Assembly: GCA_951406725.2 (NCBI GenBank)
Contig: OX597842.1
Span: 32,550,001 to 32,614,000 of the forward strand
Origin: Octopus vulgaris
Taxonomy: Eukaryota
Length of the DNA: 64,000 nt
Direction: 5' to 3'
This document shows positions 27,860 to 40,826 of this stretch, in pieces (the stretch's first letter is position 1; each line of letters begins with the position of its first letter). The notes under the pieces were generated by a model. It had not been told where the DNA came from and searched no databases. It saw only the letters and a list, made by a program, of their open reading frames with translations. A program made the position numbers and the translations under genes.

Positions 27860-28755
27860 TACTATATTATACATTAGATAATGTAGTCCTAGATACACTA
27901 TTCCTGAATAAAAGACGGGATGGTCACAGCTGGAACGTTTTTGATCATAGGTCTGCCTGGAACAGGACTGACCTGGGGTTAAACAACAGTAACTATAGCC
28001 ATTAATACTAACTACTATACATTAGATAATATAGTCCTAGATACACTATGCCTGAATAAAAGATGGGGTGGTCACAGATGGAACATCTTTGATAATAGGT
28101 CTGTCAGCTGGATCAGGACTAACCTGGGGTTAAACAACAACATCTATAGCCACTAATTCTAACTACTATACTATACATTGGATAATGTAGTCCTAGATAC
28201 ACAATGCCTGAAAAAAAGATGGGATGGTCACAGCTGGAATATCTTTGATCATAGGTCTGTCTGAATCAGGCCTGACCTGGGGTTAAACAACAATAACTAT
28301 AACCGCTAATACTAAGTCCTATACTGTACATTAGATAATGTAGTCCTAGATACATTATGCCTGAATAAAAGATGGGATGGTCACAGCTGGAACATCTTTG
28401 ATCATAGGTCTATCTGGATCAGAACTGACCTGGGGTTAAACAACAACCACAGTCACTAATACTAACTATTATACTATACATTACATAACGTAATCCAAGA
28501 TACACTGCGTCTGGATAAAACATTGGATGGTGATGGTCACAGCTGGAATATGTTTGATCATAGGTCTGCCTGTATCAGGACTGACCTGGGGTTAAACAAC
28601 TACAACTATAGTCGCTAATACTTACTACTATACTATACATTAGAAAACGTAGTCCAAGATGCACTGCGTCTTGATAAAACATTGGATGGTGATGGTCACA
28701 GCTGGAACATCTTTGATCATAGGTCAGTCTCGATCAGGACCGACCTGGGGCTAAA
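27860..28755. repeat. Tandem repeat, ~148-158-bp unit, ~6 copies
   Basis: acatt(a/g)gataa..gtagtcctagatacac..gatggtcacagctggaac..tgacctggggttaaacaac recurs at about 27871, 28019, 28175, 28328, 28478 and 28636. Confidence 0.95.
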
Positions 28756-29277
28756 AGCCACCACCAACACAACCATCTCCATCCTACACCCCGCATCGCC
28801 ATTAATGTACGCTAAGCTTCAACAATGGCCGTAACGATCGTCTGCGGACAACATAGAGATAATCCGTCCAGAAACGATTTATAAAATTGCATTTCTCTGC
28901 TTGTTTGCATTAGATAGGATTATAGCGGATTATCCCCGAAGTGGTTTTCTTTGGCCTTCGTTGTGAAAATTTAGTTTTGCCGCGTTTAAACAACGAATGG
29001 GAATTAACGTTTAGTATTTATTTTTATCGAATTTATGATTTCTGAAATGATATTTTTTTTATATATTTATCTTGAGTGTTTTGTCTTTTTTTTTTGTCTT
29101 TTATTAACTCTCCCTCTTTCTCTCTCTGTATATGCGTGTGTGTGCGTGTGTGTAAGTGCGTGTGCGTGTGTGTAAGTGCGTATGTGTGTGTGTACACACA
29201 TATGCATATATGCATATATGCATATATATGTATGTGTGTGTGTATATATATGTATATATATGTATATATATATGTGT

Positions 29278-29310
<33 letters not shown>

Positions 29311-29323
29311 CGGATATATATAT

Positions 29324-29367
<44 letters not shown>

Positions 29368-29615
29368 TTACATTTACGTAAATATACATATGAATGTATA
29401 TAAAAATATATAATCATACAATGTATATATGTATATATATATATATATGTATCATACATGTACATCATATATATGTATATATACATACATATATACACAC
29501 ATATATAGGTATGTATATATATACATACATACAAACACACAGACACATATACATACATATATATATATATATATATTTATGCATATCTATAAATAATAGA
29601 ATTCTGCGGAAATGT

Positions 29616-29719
<104 letters not shown>

Positions 29720-29921
29720 CATATATACATATATATATATACTTATGCACGTCTAGGTAAATACAAATATATACATACATACATACATACTTACATATAT
29801 ATATATATATATGGATGTATGCTTATATATATATATATGTACACGTAAATGAATATACAAGAATGCATGTATGTGTCTGGCTTATTGTGTATATATGTAT
29901 ATGTGCTTATATGTATCCGCT

Positions 29922-29979
<58 letters not shown>

Positions 29980-30197
29980 TGGTTCGTTTGTCTGTCACTG
30001 ATCTCTCCAAGCTGTCTTCGACTGTTCAAATTGATTGGCAGAGTTAATCCCCTTTGCTGGCAGTTGAAACCAGCTCGGATGCAGTTAGACATCTCACACA
30101 CAGCGACGTCACTCTTTCTCTCTCCTTTCTACCTCCCACTCCCACTCTTTCTCTCCATCTCTCTTCTCCATACATATATATACACATATATACATAC

Positions 30198-30236
<39 letters not shown>

Positions 30237-30377
30237 TAGATATATAAACATATCTATATATATATTTACATACATATATGTGTGTATATATATATTCATA
30301 CATATATACACACATATTTATATATTTATACGCGTGTATAGATAATAGGTTTCTGTATCAAATGTATATCTATTCTA

Positions 30378-30430
30378 AACAAGACCGTCTGAAGAACGGG
30401 AACGTGAAACTCTGAGTAACAGCTTTTGTT
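30378..30430 (+). ncRNA. Type-I hammerhead ribozyme motif with intact core
   Basis: aacaagaccgt-CTGAAGA-ACG-GGAA-CGT-GAAA-CTC-T-GAG-TA-acagcttttgtt. All core nucleotides present; helices I, II and III pair; predicted cleavage after GUA (30418). AATAAA at about 30449. Confidence 0.75.
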
Positions 30431-30477
30431 ATATTTATGCTGGTTTTTAATAAAGTATGTGTATAAATATATATATG

Positions 30478-30508
<31 letters not shown>

Positions 30509-30527
30509 GATAATAATAATAGTAATA

Positions 30528-30594
<67 letters not shown>

Positions 30595-30611
30595 TAATAA
30601 TAATAGTAATA

Positions 30612-30685
<74 letters not shown>

Positions 30686-30708
30686 TGATAATAATAATAA
30701 TAATAATA

Positions 30709-30793
30709 AATGCCCTGATGCAGTACCAGGCAGTGGCCCTCGTGGCTTCTGATCTTAAGTGATTTGAAGTGTTATCATGTATATTGCTTTGTC
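30709..30793 (+). mobile_element. 5' end of the ~555-bp (TAA)n-embedded element
   Basis: tgccctgatgcagtaccaggcagtggc... is the reverse complement of about 4965-5050 and directly follows (AAT)n. Confidence 0.85.
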
Positions 30794-31260
30794 GACCCTA
30801 GTGCGTAACTGGTACTTAATTTGTCGACCCCGAAAGGATGAAAGGCAAAGTCGACCTCGGCGGAATTTGAACTCAGAACATAAGGCCTCAAATTTGGGGA
30901 AGGGATTAAGTGAATTACATGGAGCCCCAGTGTGTAACTGGTATTTATTTATCGACCCCGAAAGGATGAAATGCAAAGTCGAACTCGGCGGAATTTGAAC
31001 TCAGAACGTAACGGCAGACAAATTACCTATTTCTTTACTAGCCACAAGGGGCTAAACACAGAGAGGACAATCAAGGACAGACAAATGGATTAAGTCGATT
31101 ACATCGACCCCAGTCCGTAACTGGTACTTAATTTATCGACCCCGAAAGGACGAAAGGCAAAGTAGACCTCGGTGGAATTTGAACTCAGAACGTATCGGCA
31201 GACGAAATAAGGCTGCGCATTTCGCCCGGCGTGTCAACGTCTCTGCCAGCTCGCCGCCTT
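30790..31260 (-). mobile_element. SINE family B, three tandem or nested partial copies
   Basis: The block cgaccccgaaaggatgaaaggcaaagtcgacctcggcggaatttgaactcagaac occurs three times; tRNA-like head at about 31180-31260. Confidence 0.85.
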
Positions 31261-31318
31261 CAATAATAATAATAATAATGATGATAATGCTGATGATGAT
31301 GATAATAATAATAATAAT

Positions 31319-31353
<35 letters not shown>

Positions 31354-31408
31354 TGATGATAATGATGATGATGATGATGATGATTTTGATGATAATAATA
31401 ATAATAGT

Positions 31409-31443
<35 letters not shown>

Positions 31444-31582
31444 TGATAATGATGATGATGATGATGATGATGATTTTGATGATAATAATAATAATAATAT
31501 TAATAATAATAACAATAATAATGATGATGATGATGATGATGATGGTGATGATTACGATGATGACGATGATGATAATAATAAT

Positions 31583-31630
<48 letters not shown>

Positions 31631-32135
31631 TAATAATAATATTAATAATAATGAGGAGAAGAAGAAGAAGGAGAAAGAAGAAGAAGAAGAAGAAGAAAAG
31701 AAGAAGAAGAAGAAGAAGAAGAAGAAGAAGAAGAAGAAGAAGAAGAAGAAGAAGAAGAAGAAGAAGAAGAAGAAGAAGAAGAAGAAGAAGATGGAAGACG
31801 GCTTCGAATGATGTTTTGGTTCCAGAGAAAGGTCTGTTTACCGATTGTACCGCAATGTACCGGAATGTCATCTTATTTCATTGTGTCCAGTAGACATCAA
31901 TATGTACCTAGTGACCAACCAGAACACTACACTGGCATGACGTCATTTCCTGTTAGTTACTGATAACTTGTAATTATATTTCGGCGGGTGTTCAAGTACG
32001 GCCTTTAAACAGTAAACTGTGATACGTGTATATATATATATATATATGAATACGTGTATATATTACGCATTTATGCATATATGTACATATACATACAGAC
32101 ACACAGACACATGTGCGTGTATGTGTATTTAATTC

Positions 32136-32177
<42 letters not shown>

Positions 32178-32903
32178 GTACACATGCATCTATGTAAATA
32201 TGTCTCTACACACGCGAGTATAAATATATATATATCTATATATATCATTGTGCGTATGTGCGTACATATATATCTACATATATATCTCAATATATATATG
32301 TACACATGTATGTATGTATGCCTGCATGTATGTATGTATGTATGTATGTATGTATGTATGTATGTATGTATGTATGTATGTATCTATCTATCTATCTATC
32401 TCTCTCTATATATATATTTACCTACATATATATTCGAACTCATGAGCATGTGCGTACATATATATCTGGAGATGTACATATGTGTATACTTACAAATATA
32501 TATAATTTCACGTGTACATGTGTATAACCTGCATGTATACTTCATACATCCATCCATATATAATACATACATACATATATATATACATGTACGTGTGTGT
32601 GTGTGTGTATGTGTGTATGCTTATATTTATATACTAAAGCGTTACACAAAATGGCGTACATTTATGCAATGTGAGAATTGTACGAGAAATTGCCGTAATT
32701 GACGAGGATAAGATTTGCAAGGTCGGATAGCTTCGTTCTGCTTATGCTTGTTGTTGTTATTGTTGTTGTAGGTTATTACGTTTCTACAGATTCGCGCAGT
32801 TGTTGTTGTTGTTGTTGCTCTTCTTCTTGCTGATTGCGTTTTATTCTGTTACTCTTTTCTTTGTCACAATCATTTGACCGTGACCATGCTGGAGCACCGC
32901 CCC

Positions 32904-32935
<32 letters not shown>

Positions 32936-32937
<2 letters not shown>

Positions 32938-33161
32938 TCTTTTACTCTTTTACTCTTTTACTCTTTCACTTGTTTCAGTCATTTGACTGCGGCCATGCTG
33001 GAGCACCGCCTTTTAGTCGAGCAAATCGACCCCGGGACTTATTCTTTGTAAGCCTAGCACTTAATCTATCGGTCTCTTTTGCCGAACCGCTAAGTGACGG
33101 GGACGTAAACACACCAGCATCGGTTGTCAAGCAATGCTAGGGGGACAAACACAGACACACA

Positions 33162-33222
<61 letters not shown>

Positions 33223-33401
33223 GTATATATACATATATACGACAGGCTTCTTTCAGTTTCCGTCTACCAAATCCACTCACAAGGCATTGGTCGGCCCGGG
33301 GCTATAGTAGAAGACACCGCCCAAGATGCCACGCAGTGGGACTGAACCCGGAACCATGTGGTTTGTTAGCAAACTACTTACCACACAGCCACTCCTGTGC
33401 C
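32936..33401 (-). mobile_element. SINE family A, full length
   Basis: Reverse complement of 23017-23428. Confidence 0.92.
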
Positions 33402-33431
33402 TCGGAACCATGGCTGTGTGGTAAGTATCTA

Positions 33432-33799
33432 GGCGCAGGCGTAGCTGTGTGGTAAGTAGCTTGCTTACCAACCACATAGTTCCAGGTACAGTCCCACTGC
33501 GTGGCACCTTGGGTAAATGTTTTCAACTATAGCCTCGGGGCGACCAAAGCCTTCTGAGTGGATTTCATAGATAGAAACTGAAAGAAGCCCGTAGTATATA
33601 TGTTTATGTTCCTGTGTTTGTCCCCCACTATCGCTTGACAACCGATATTGGTGTGTTCAGGTCTCCGTAAATTAGCGGTTCGGCAAAAGAGACCAATAGA
33701 ATATGTACTGGCTTACAAAGAATAAATCCTGGGGTCGATTTGTTCGACTAAATGCTCTGCTCCAACATGGCCGCAGTCAAATGACTGAAACAAATAAAA

Positions 33800-33801
<2 letters not shown>
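33432..33801 (+). mobile_element. SINE family A, full length, head-to-head with the previous copy
   Basis: ggcgcaggcgtagctgtgtggtaagtagc...atgactgaaacaaataaaag. Confidence 0.92.
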
Positions 33802-33853
<52 letters not shown>

Positions 33854-33871
33854 ATGTATATATATATGTAC

Positions 33872-33932
<61 letters not shown>

Positions 33933-34191
33933 TGTATATATATATATACCTATGTATATATATGTACATATACATATATGTGTATATATATATATATATT
34001 GTGTGTGTGTGTGTGTGTATATATGTATATATATATATATATATATACCTATGTATATATATATGTACATATACATATATATATATATATATATATAAAT
34101 ATATGTATATATATATATACCTATGTATATATATGTATATATATGTACATATACATATATGTGTGTATATATATATATGTGTGTGTGTGTA

Positions 34192-34223
<32 letters not shown>

Positions 34224-34863
34224 AATATATATATATACAGATAAAAATGCATACAAATATGCATCGATATATGTTTTCATATATGTGTGTGTATATCTAT
34301 ATATACATATATAATATACTGATCCATGATAGAAAATTCAACAAAGAAGTACTCCATTTGGTGAGAGTTATATATATATATATATATATATATATCTGTG
34401 TGTGTGTGTGAATATCTATATATGTATGTATATTTATATACACACTCGCACAAACATCTTGCTAGAAATTTGACATTTAACACATTGATTAAAATTCTCC
34501 CACCCAATTTACCACCCATTCACGTACACCCTCTCTACTATAACCACCACCACCACAACCACTACCACCACCACCATGACCAACACCACCATCTCCACAT
34601 CCACAGCAACAGACACGACATCATCAATTCCTCTGTCTGTTCTACCAGCATCTTACCAACACTACAAACTAAAAATCTCCCAAAAATATCTAAATAAATT
34701 ACGACTCAACGTTTCGATTTTTAATCGTCGTCATCGATTTTTTTGTTGTTTTGAGGATTTTACGTGTTTATAATTTTCGGATTCACTTTTGATGCATTTC
34801 TCTCACCTGCTGGCAGAGCAGTTTGCAGTTTGTCATATAACTTCACATACACACAGAGACACA

Positions 34864-34936
<73 letters not shown>

Positions 34937-34939
34937 TCA

Positions 34940-34986
<47 letters not shown>

Positions 34987-35293
34987 GTACATAGACAAAT
35001 ATATATACATATATATTTCCTATCTTGTCTGAAATAGATTTGTGACTATTCGGTGGTACAGAAGTATTTTTTGACTTCTATCTTTAGCGATATAGGTACT
35101 CATGTAGTACCCTTGTGTATATATGTCCATATTTAATATTGTATGAATATATTTTATTAATTTGCCTGTACGGCTAATAATTCGCTTACCACTTGTGATG
35201 GTATTTTAATAATACCATCCCTATATTTACTTATACATATATACGTGTATATAGGAAAAATGGAATTTGAAAATGCGCTGAGAATAGCCTTAT

Positions 35294-35511
35294 ATTTGGT
35301 AGACGGAAACTGAAAGAAGCTGAAAGTCATTTGACTTCGGCCATGCTGGAGCACCGCCCTTAGTCGAGCATATCGACCCCAGGAATTATTCTTTGTAAGC
35401 CTAGTACTTATTCTATCGGTCTCTTTTGCCGAACCACTAAGTTACGGGGACGTAAACACACCAGCATTTTATTTACCTGAACCCAGGTAAATTCACGACT
35501 AGAGAAGCAGT

Positions 35512-35568
<57 letters not shown>

Positions 35569-35725
35569 CATTTACGGCTATCTTATTTCAGTTTTCGCTG
35601 TTAAATAATCTCACAGGCTTTCGGTGTTCTTGGGGTTATAGTAGAAAGCGTGGGCTTAAAATGGTACGTTGTGGGACTGAACATGAGAGTATACAGTTGG
35701 CAAGCAAGCTGTTTATCACATAGAT
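35294..35725 (-). mobile_element. SINE family A fragments (rearranged and diverged)
   Basis: A short + strand head piece is fused to a - strand tail at 35294-35468; a diverged - strand head lies at 35572-35725. Confidence 0.75.
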
Positions 35726-35760
35726 GTATACTTACAGTCACAACATTTAATTCCATAACT

Positions 35761-35851
35761 GCTATCTCTGAAGAGCACAGGATTACATAACCGAAATGTT
35801 ACCTAACACATCCGTTGAACCCCAAGCGCGAAACCGACTGGTAAGATCGGC
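35761..35851 (+). ncRNA. Type-I hammerhead ribozyme motif with intact core and extended helix II
   Basis: gctatct-CTGAAGA-GC-(51 nt including ACAGGAT/ATCCGT pairing)-GC-GAAA-CCG-AC-TGG-TA-agat(c)ggc. Predicted cleavage after GUA (35843). Confidence 0.7.
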
Positions 35852-35886
35852 CGTAATGGAAACATAATACTGCACACTTCGACTAA

Positions 35887-35958
<72 letters not shown>

Positions 35959-36114
35959 TTAAGACGCTAGGATATTTTCCTACTTTCCTTCCCCAAATAA
36001 CGAAACTATATCCATCAATGCGATGTCGAGCACTCATTTCATCATTCGACATTTAGATATATATATGTATATATATGCATGTATATATATATATATACAT
36101 GTATGTATGCATGA

Positions 36115-36176
<62 letters not shown>

Positions 36177-36177
<1 letters not shown>

Positions 36178-36800
36178 CTTGTGGCTATGGCGAAAGAATG
36201 TATCTGTTGGACGAACCTGAAAGGATTGGAGACAAACACTTTCCTCTCTGGTCAATCTCTCATCAACTTCTTCAAGTACCACTTGAAAAGGAAAGTGAGA
36301 GTAGAGAGGCAAGTTTTGTCTAGCGAACGTTTTAAAAAAAGATGGGTGAATGTAGCAAGGATGGCATGTATGAATGACGAAGCCACCTTGAGCATAATCC
36401 TATGAACCTGGAAATTTCAAACAGAGTGTTACCTACTTGCAAACAAATGTGGTAACATGTAGCAATATTGACCGAGGTTAACGTGGTCTTTTCGTAGGCT
36501 TTTCTTCCCACGGATAAAACTTATCTGCTTCCCCCGTTATACCGTGCATCATGATACTGTGATACACGATCCCAATTGATCGTCTTTTTTTCCTCTTCCC
36601 CTTTTTCCCTCTTTTTTCTTCTTTTTTCTTTTCTTTTCTTTTCCTTTTCTTTTCTTTTTTTCTCTTTTCCCTTTTACGATCCCTTTTGATCGAAAACCTA
36701 CGCCACTTTTTTTCTTTTTCTTTTTTCATTCCCCAAAAGAAAAGCTCTACCTTGTAATTTGTCCCATCTGTGTGCAGCCCTGTGTGGCCAATAAAGAAAC
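36177..36800 (+). mobile_element. 3' fragment of an L1/Tx1-like LINE (ORF2 C-terminus plus 3' UTR) within an (ATCT)n tract
   Basis: ORF 36181-36405 (AKECICWTNLKG..FL..LINFFKYHLKRKVRVERQVL..ERFKKRW) resembles the post-zinc-finger tail of L1/Tx1 ORF2. T-rich UTR ending AATAAAGAAA; (ATCT)n on both sides. Confidence 0.6.
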
Positions 36801-36878
<78 letters not shown>

Positions 36879-36887
36879 CTCTATCTA

Positions 36888-36930
<43 letters not shown>

Positions 36931-36933
<3 letters not shown>

Positions 36934-37324
36934 GTAAGTAGCTTGCTAACCAACCACATGGTTCCGGGTTCAGTCCCACTGCATGGCATCTTGGGCAAGT
37001 GTCTTCTGCTATAGCCTCGGGCCGACCAATGCCTTGTGAGTGGATTTGGTAGACGGAAACTGAAAGAAGCCTGTCGTATATATGTATATGTATGTATGTG
37101 TGTTTGTGTGTCTGTGTTTGTCCCCCTAGCATTGCTTGACAACTGATGCTGGTGTGTTTACGTCCCCGTCACTTAGCGGTTCGGCAAAAGAGACCGATAG
37201 AATAAGTACTGGGCTTACAAGAAGAATAAGTCCTGCGGGGGTCGATTTGCTCGACTAAAGGCGGTGCTCCAGCATGGCCGCAGTCAAATGACTGAAACAA
37301 GTAAAAGAGTAAAAGAGTAAAAGA
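36931..37324 (+). mobile_element. SINE family A, slightly 5'-truncated
   Basis: Matches 23017-23428. Confidence 0.92.
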
Positions 37325-37646
37325 TATATATATATGTGTATATATAGAACATTGACGGAGACACGGAGAGACTTCTGACTCGGTGCTCTGGGGGGCGGCA
37401 CTGGGAGGTATATATATTTTTTTCAGGTGAGGGGTGGTGTGGCGTAGGGTAGATTACCTGATTTATTTTTAACGGTAAATGTGTTATATGGAAAATTGAT
37501 TTTGATGGAAGCGCAGGAAGCGGAACAGGTGCGCGCAGGACGTCCATGGATGCGTACGCGTACGCGTACATTTGTGTGCAAGTGGGGGTATATATATATA
37601 TATATATACAGCCATGTGTACATACATATATACAAACATACATACA

Positions 37647-37731
<85 letters not shown>

Positions 37732-37995
37732 GTTTATAAGCATTGATGCATGTGTATATATATATCCACTCATAAGCGTTAGTGTGCCAGTTTGAGTTTA
37801 GGAAGTGGATGTATACGTATATATTGTTGTGTATGTATGTATTGGTTTGCGTACATGCAGTAATTAGTACGTGTGTATTGGCATATATATATATATATAT
37901 ATACATATATACATATAGATATAGGCTTATAGATATATATATATACATATATATCCATATATATATATACACACATGCATATATATGTGTGTGTG

Positions 37996-38039
<44 letters not shown>

Positions 38040-38187
38040 CATACATACATACATATATATATATACATATATATATATACATATATATATACATATATAT
38101 ATTTAAGCGTTGGCGCATGTGTATAGGATACATACATATAAACATACACACATACACATATATATAAATAAATAGTTATGTAAGCGC

Positions 38188-38237
<50 letters not shown>

Positions 38238-38360
38238 GCATGTATGTGTACATATGTGGGTTAGATAAGTGTACATATATATATACTCAGGTAATGTATA
38301 TTTAGTCACACTGCATCTCTCTCCTTCTATCCATCCATCTATCCATCCATGCATCCATGC

Positions 38361-38662
<302 letters not shown>

Positions 38663-38692
38663 GCATACATACAAGTACACACAAGTACATAT

Positions 38693-38725
<33 letters not shown>

Positions 38726-38784
38726 TATACATAGATATATACGTTCCTGTATAACCGTTCATGCATATATGTACATATGTATAT

Positions 38785-38873
<89 letters not shown>

Positions 38874-39060
38874 CTATATCGGTGTGCAGTATGCTGCAAG
38901 GACATACAGCTCACTACCTTAATGTTAGAAAGTCAAACACCAAAACAGCAGATACAACAACACCAACAACAACAGCAGCAACAACATTAAAGTAGGTGTC
39001 GATGCTATCGCTATTTTTATACATGGAAGCTCGCAGACGGCATGGGATCTTCCGGATGTT

Positions 39061-39079
39061 CAGTGGCGCCCTCTGCTGG
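39061..39079 (-). promoter_or_regulatory. Strong CTCF consensus motif
   Basis: Minus strand CCAGCAGAGGGCGCCACTG matches CCASYAGRKGGCRSY at every position. Located in a unique island. Confidence 0.6.
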
Positions 39080-39339
39080 AAAGCAGGCAAAACGGAACTG
39101 ATTAAAAAGCTTAATGAGGCGGGATTTGGGTGGTGGGTGAGCGGGATTGTGACGCTGGGTGTGTTGGTACGTAGATACAGTAAAACCTCTGCAGGGTAGC
39201 TAGATCTGCTAGAAATAGCAGTCAAATCATCCTCACATCGCGCTTTACCGCATTATGTATGTACGAATGTATGTTTGTGTGTGTGTGTGCGTGCACATAC
39301 GTGTACACTTGCCGAAACACACATATGTATGTGTGTGCG

Positions 39340-39380
<41 letters not shown>

Positions 39381-39600
39381 GTATGTATATATATATATAT
39401 ATATGAATATAATCAAAAGGATAATAATATAGATTACTACCAGTGGCCCAGCACAAAGGACGAATTAGTCATTAGACAAAATATTATTCATATAGAAATA
39501 TAATTAAGGGCTCCTAAATAAGGATGCCAAGTGCTAGGAACACAAAAAAGGGATAAATTTATCGAGAGTGAAAATCAAAATCATTTATCAATAACAATAC

Positions 39601-39680
39601 ATCTCGTGCTGATCAGTTTCTACCTCTTTCTAGCAAAACAGACAGAATATGTTTGCTAAGGCTGGTTTCATCAGCGAGAC
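39601..39680 (-). ncRNA. Type-I hammerhead-like motif with long helix II and a U16.1>C change
   Basis: Minus strand: gtctcg-CTGATGA-AACC-AGCC-TTAGCAAAC...GTTTTGCTAG-AAAGA-GGTA-GAAA-CTGATCAG-CA-cgagat. 6-bp helix I; palindromic helix III. Confidence 0.6.
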
Positions 39681-39742
39681 GCCTAAGTTGAATCGAGATG
39701 CGCAGCGCGTTAGACCATGTGTTGATCTCAACAACCTGCAGA

Positions 39743-39797
<55 letters not shown>

Positions 39798-39849
39798 CGA
39801 GATGGATGCGTGGCGTTCAATATGCATATATGTATATATAAATATATAT

Positions 39850-40008
39850 GGAGTGGCTGTGTGGTAAGTAGCTTGCTAACCAACCACATGGTTCCGGGTT
39901 CAGTCCCACTGCGTAGCATCTTGGGCAAGTGTCTTCTGCTATAGCCTCGGACCGACCAAAGCCTTGTGAGTGGATTTGGTAGACAGAAACTGAAAGAAGC
40001 CCGTCGTA

Positions 40009-40060
<52 letters not shown>

Positions 40061-40212
40061 CTGTGTGGTAAGTAGCTTGCTAACAAACCACATGGTTCCG
40101 GGTTCAGTCCCACTGTGTGGCATCTTGGGCAAGTGTCTTCTGCCATAGCCCCGGGCCGACCAAAGCCTTGTGAGTGGATTTGGTAGACGGAAACTGAAGG
40201 AAGCCTGTTGTA

Positions 40213-40284
<72 letters not shown>

Positions 40285-40673
40285 CTGTGTGGTAAGTAGC
40301 TTGCTAACCAACCACATGGTTCCGGGTTCAATCCCACTGTGTGGCATCTTGGGCAAGTGTCTTCTGCTATAGCCCCGGGCCGACCAAAGCCTTGTGAGTG
40401 GATTTGGTAGACGGAAACTGAAAGAAGAATGTCGTATATATGTATATGTGTATGTGTGTGTATGTTTGTGTGTCTGTGTTTGTCCCTCTAGCATTGCTTG
40501 ACAACCGATACTGTTGTGTTTACGTCACCGTCACTTAGCGGTTCGGCAAAAGAGACCGATAGAATAAGTCCTGGGCTTACAAAGAACAAGCCCCGGGTCG
40601 ATTTGCTCGACTAAAGGCGGTGCTCCAGCATGGCCGCAGTCAAATGACTGAAACAAGCAAAAGAGTAAAAGAG
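39850..40673 (+). mobile_element. SINE family A with triplicated 5' half and a single tail
   Basis: Heads at about 39850, 40059 and 40283, each followed by (TA)n; tail at about 40470-40673. Confidence 0.92.
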
Positions 40674-40791
40674 TATATATATATATATATAAAGTTAATC
40701 CAAACAAGAAAGCACAAAGAAACACAACAACGCGAGGACGTGGAATAAATATAGTATTATTGGACGCTCAGGAAAGAAGGAATGAAGGAGG

Positions 40792-40826
40792 GTCTAACGT
40801 TTCGAGTGGAGCTCTTCGTCGGAAAC
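40792..40826 (-). ncRNA. Mini-hammerhead-like motif (U4>C)
   Basis: Minus strand: gttt-CCGACGA-A-GAG-CTCCA-CTC-GAAA-CG-TT-agac. Same architecture as 47714-47749. Confidence 0.45.
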
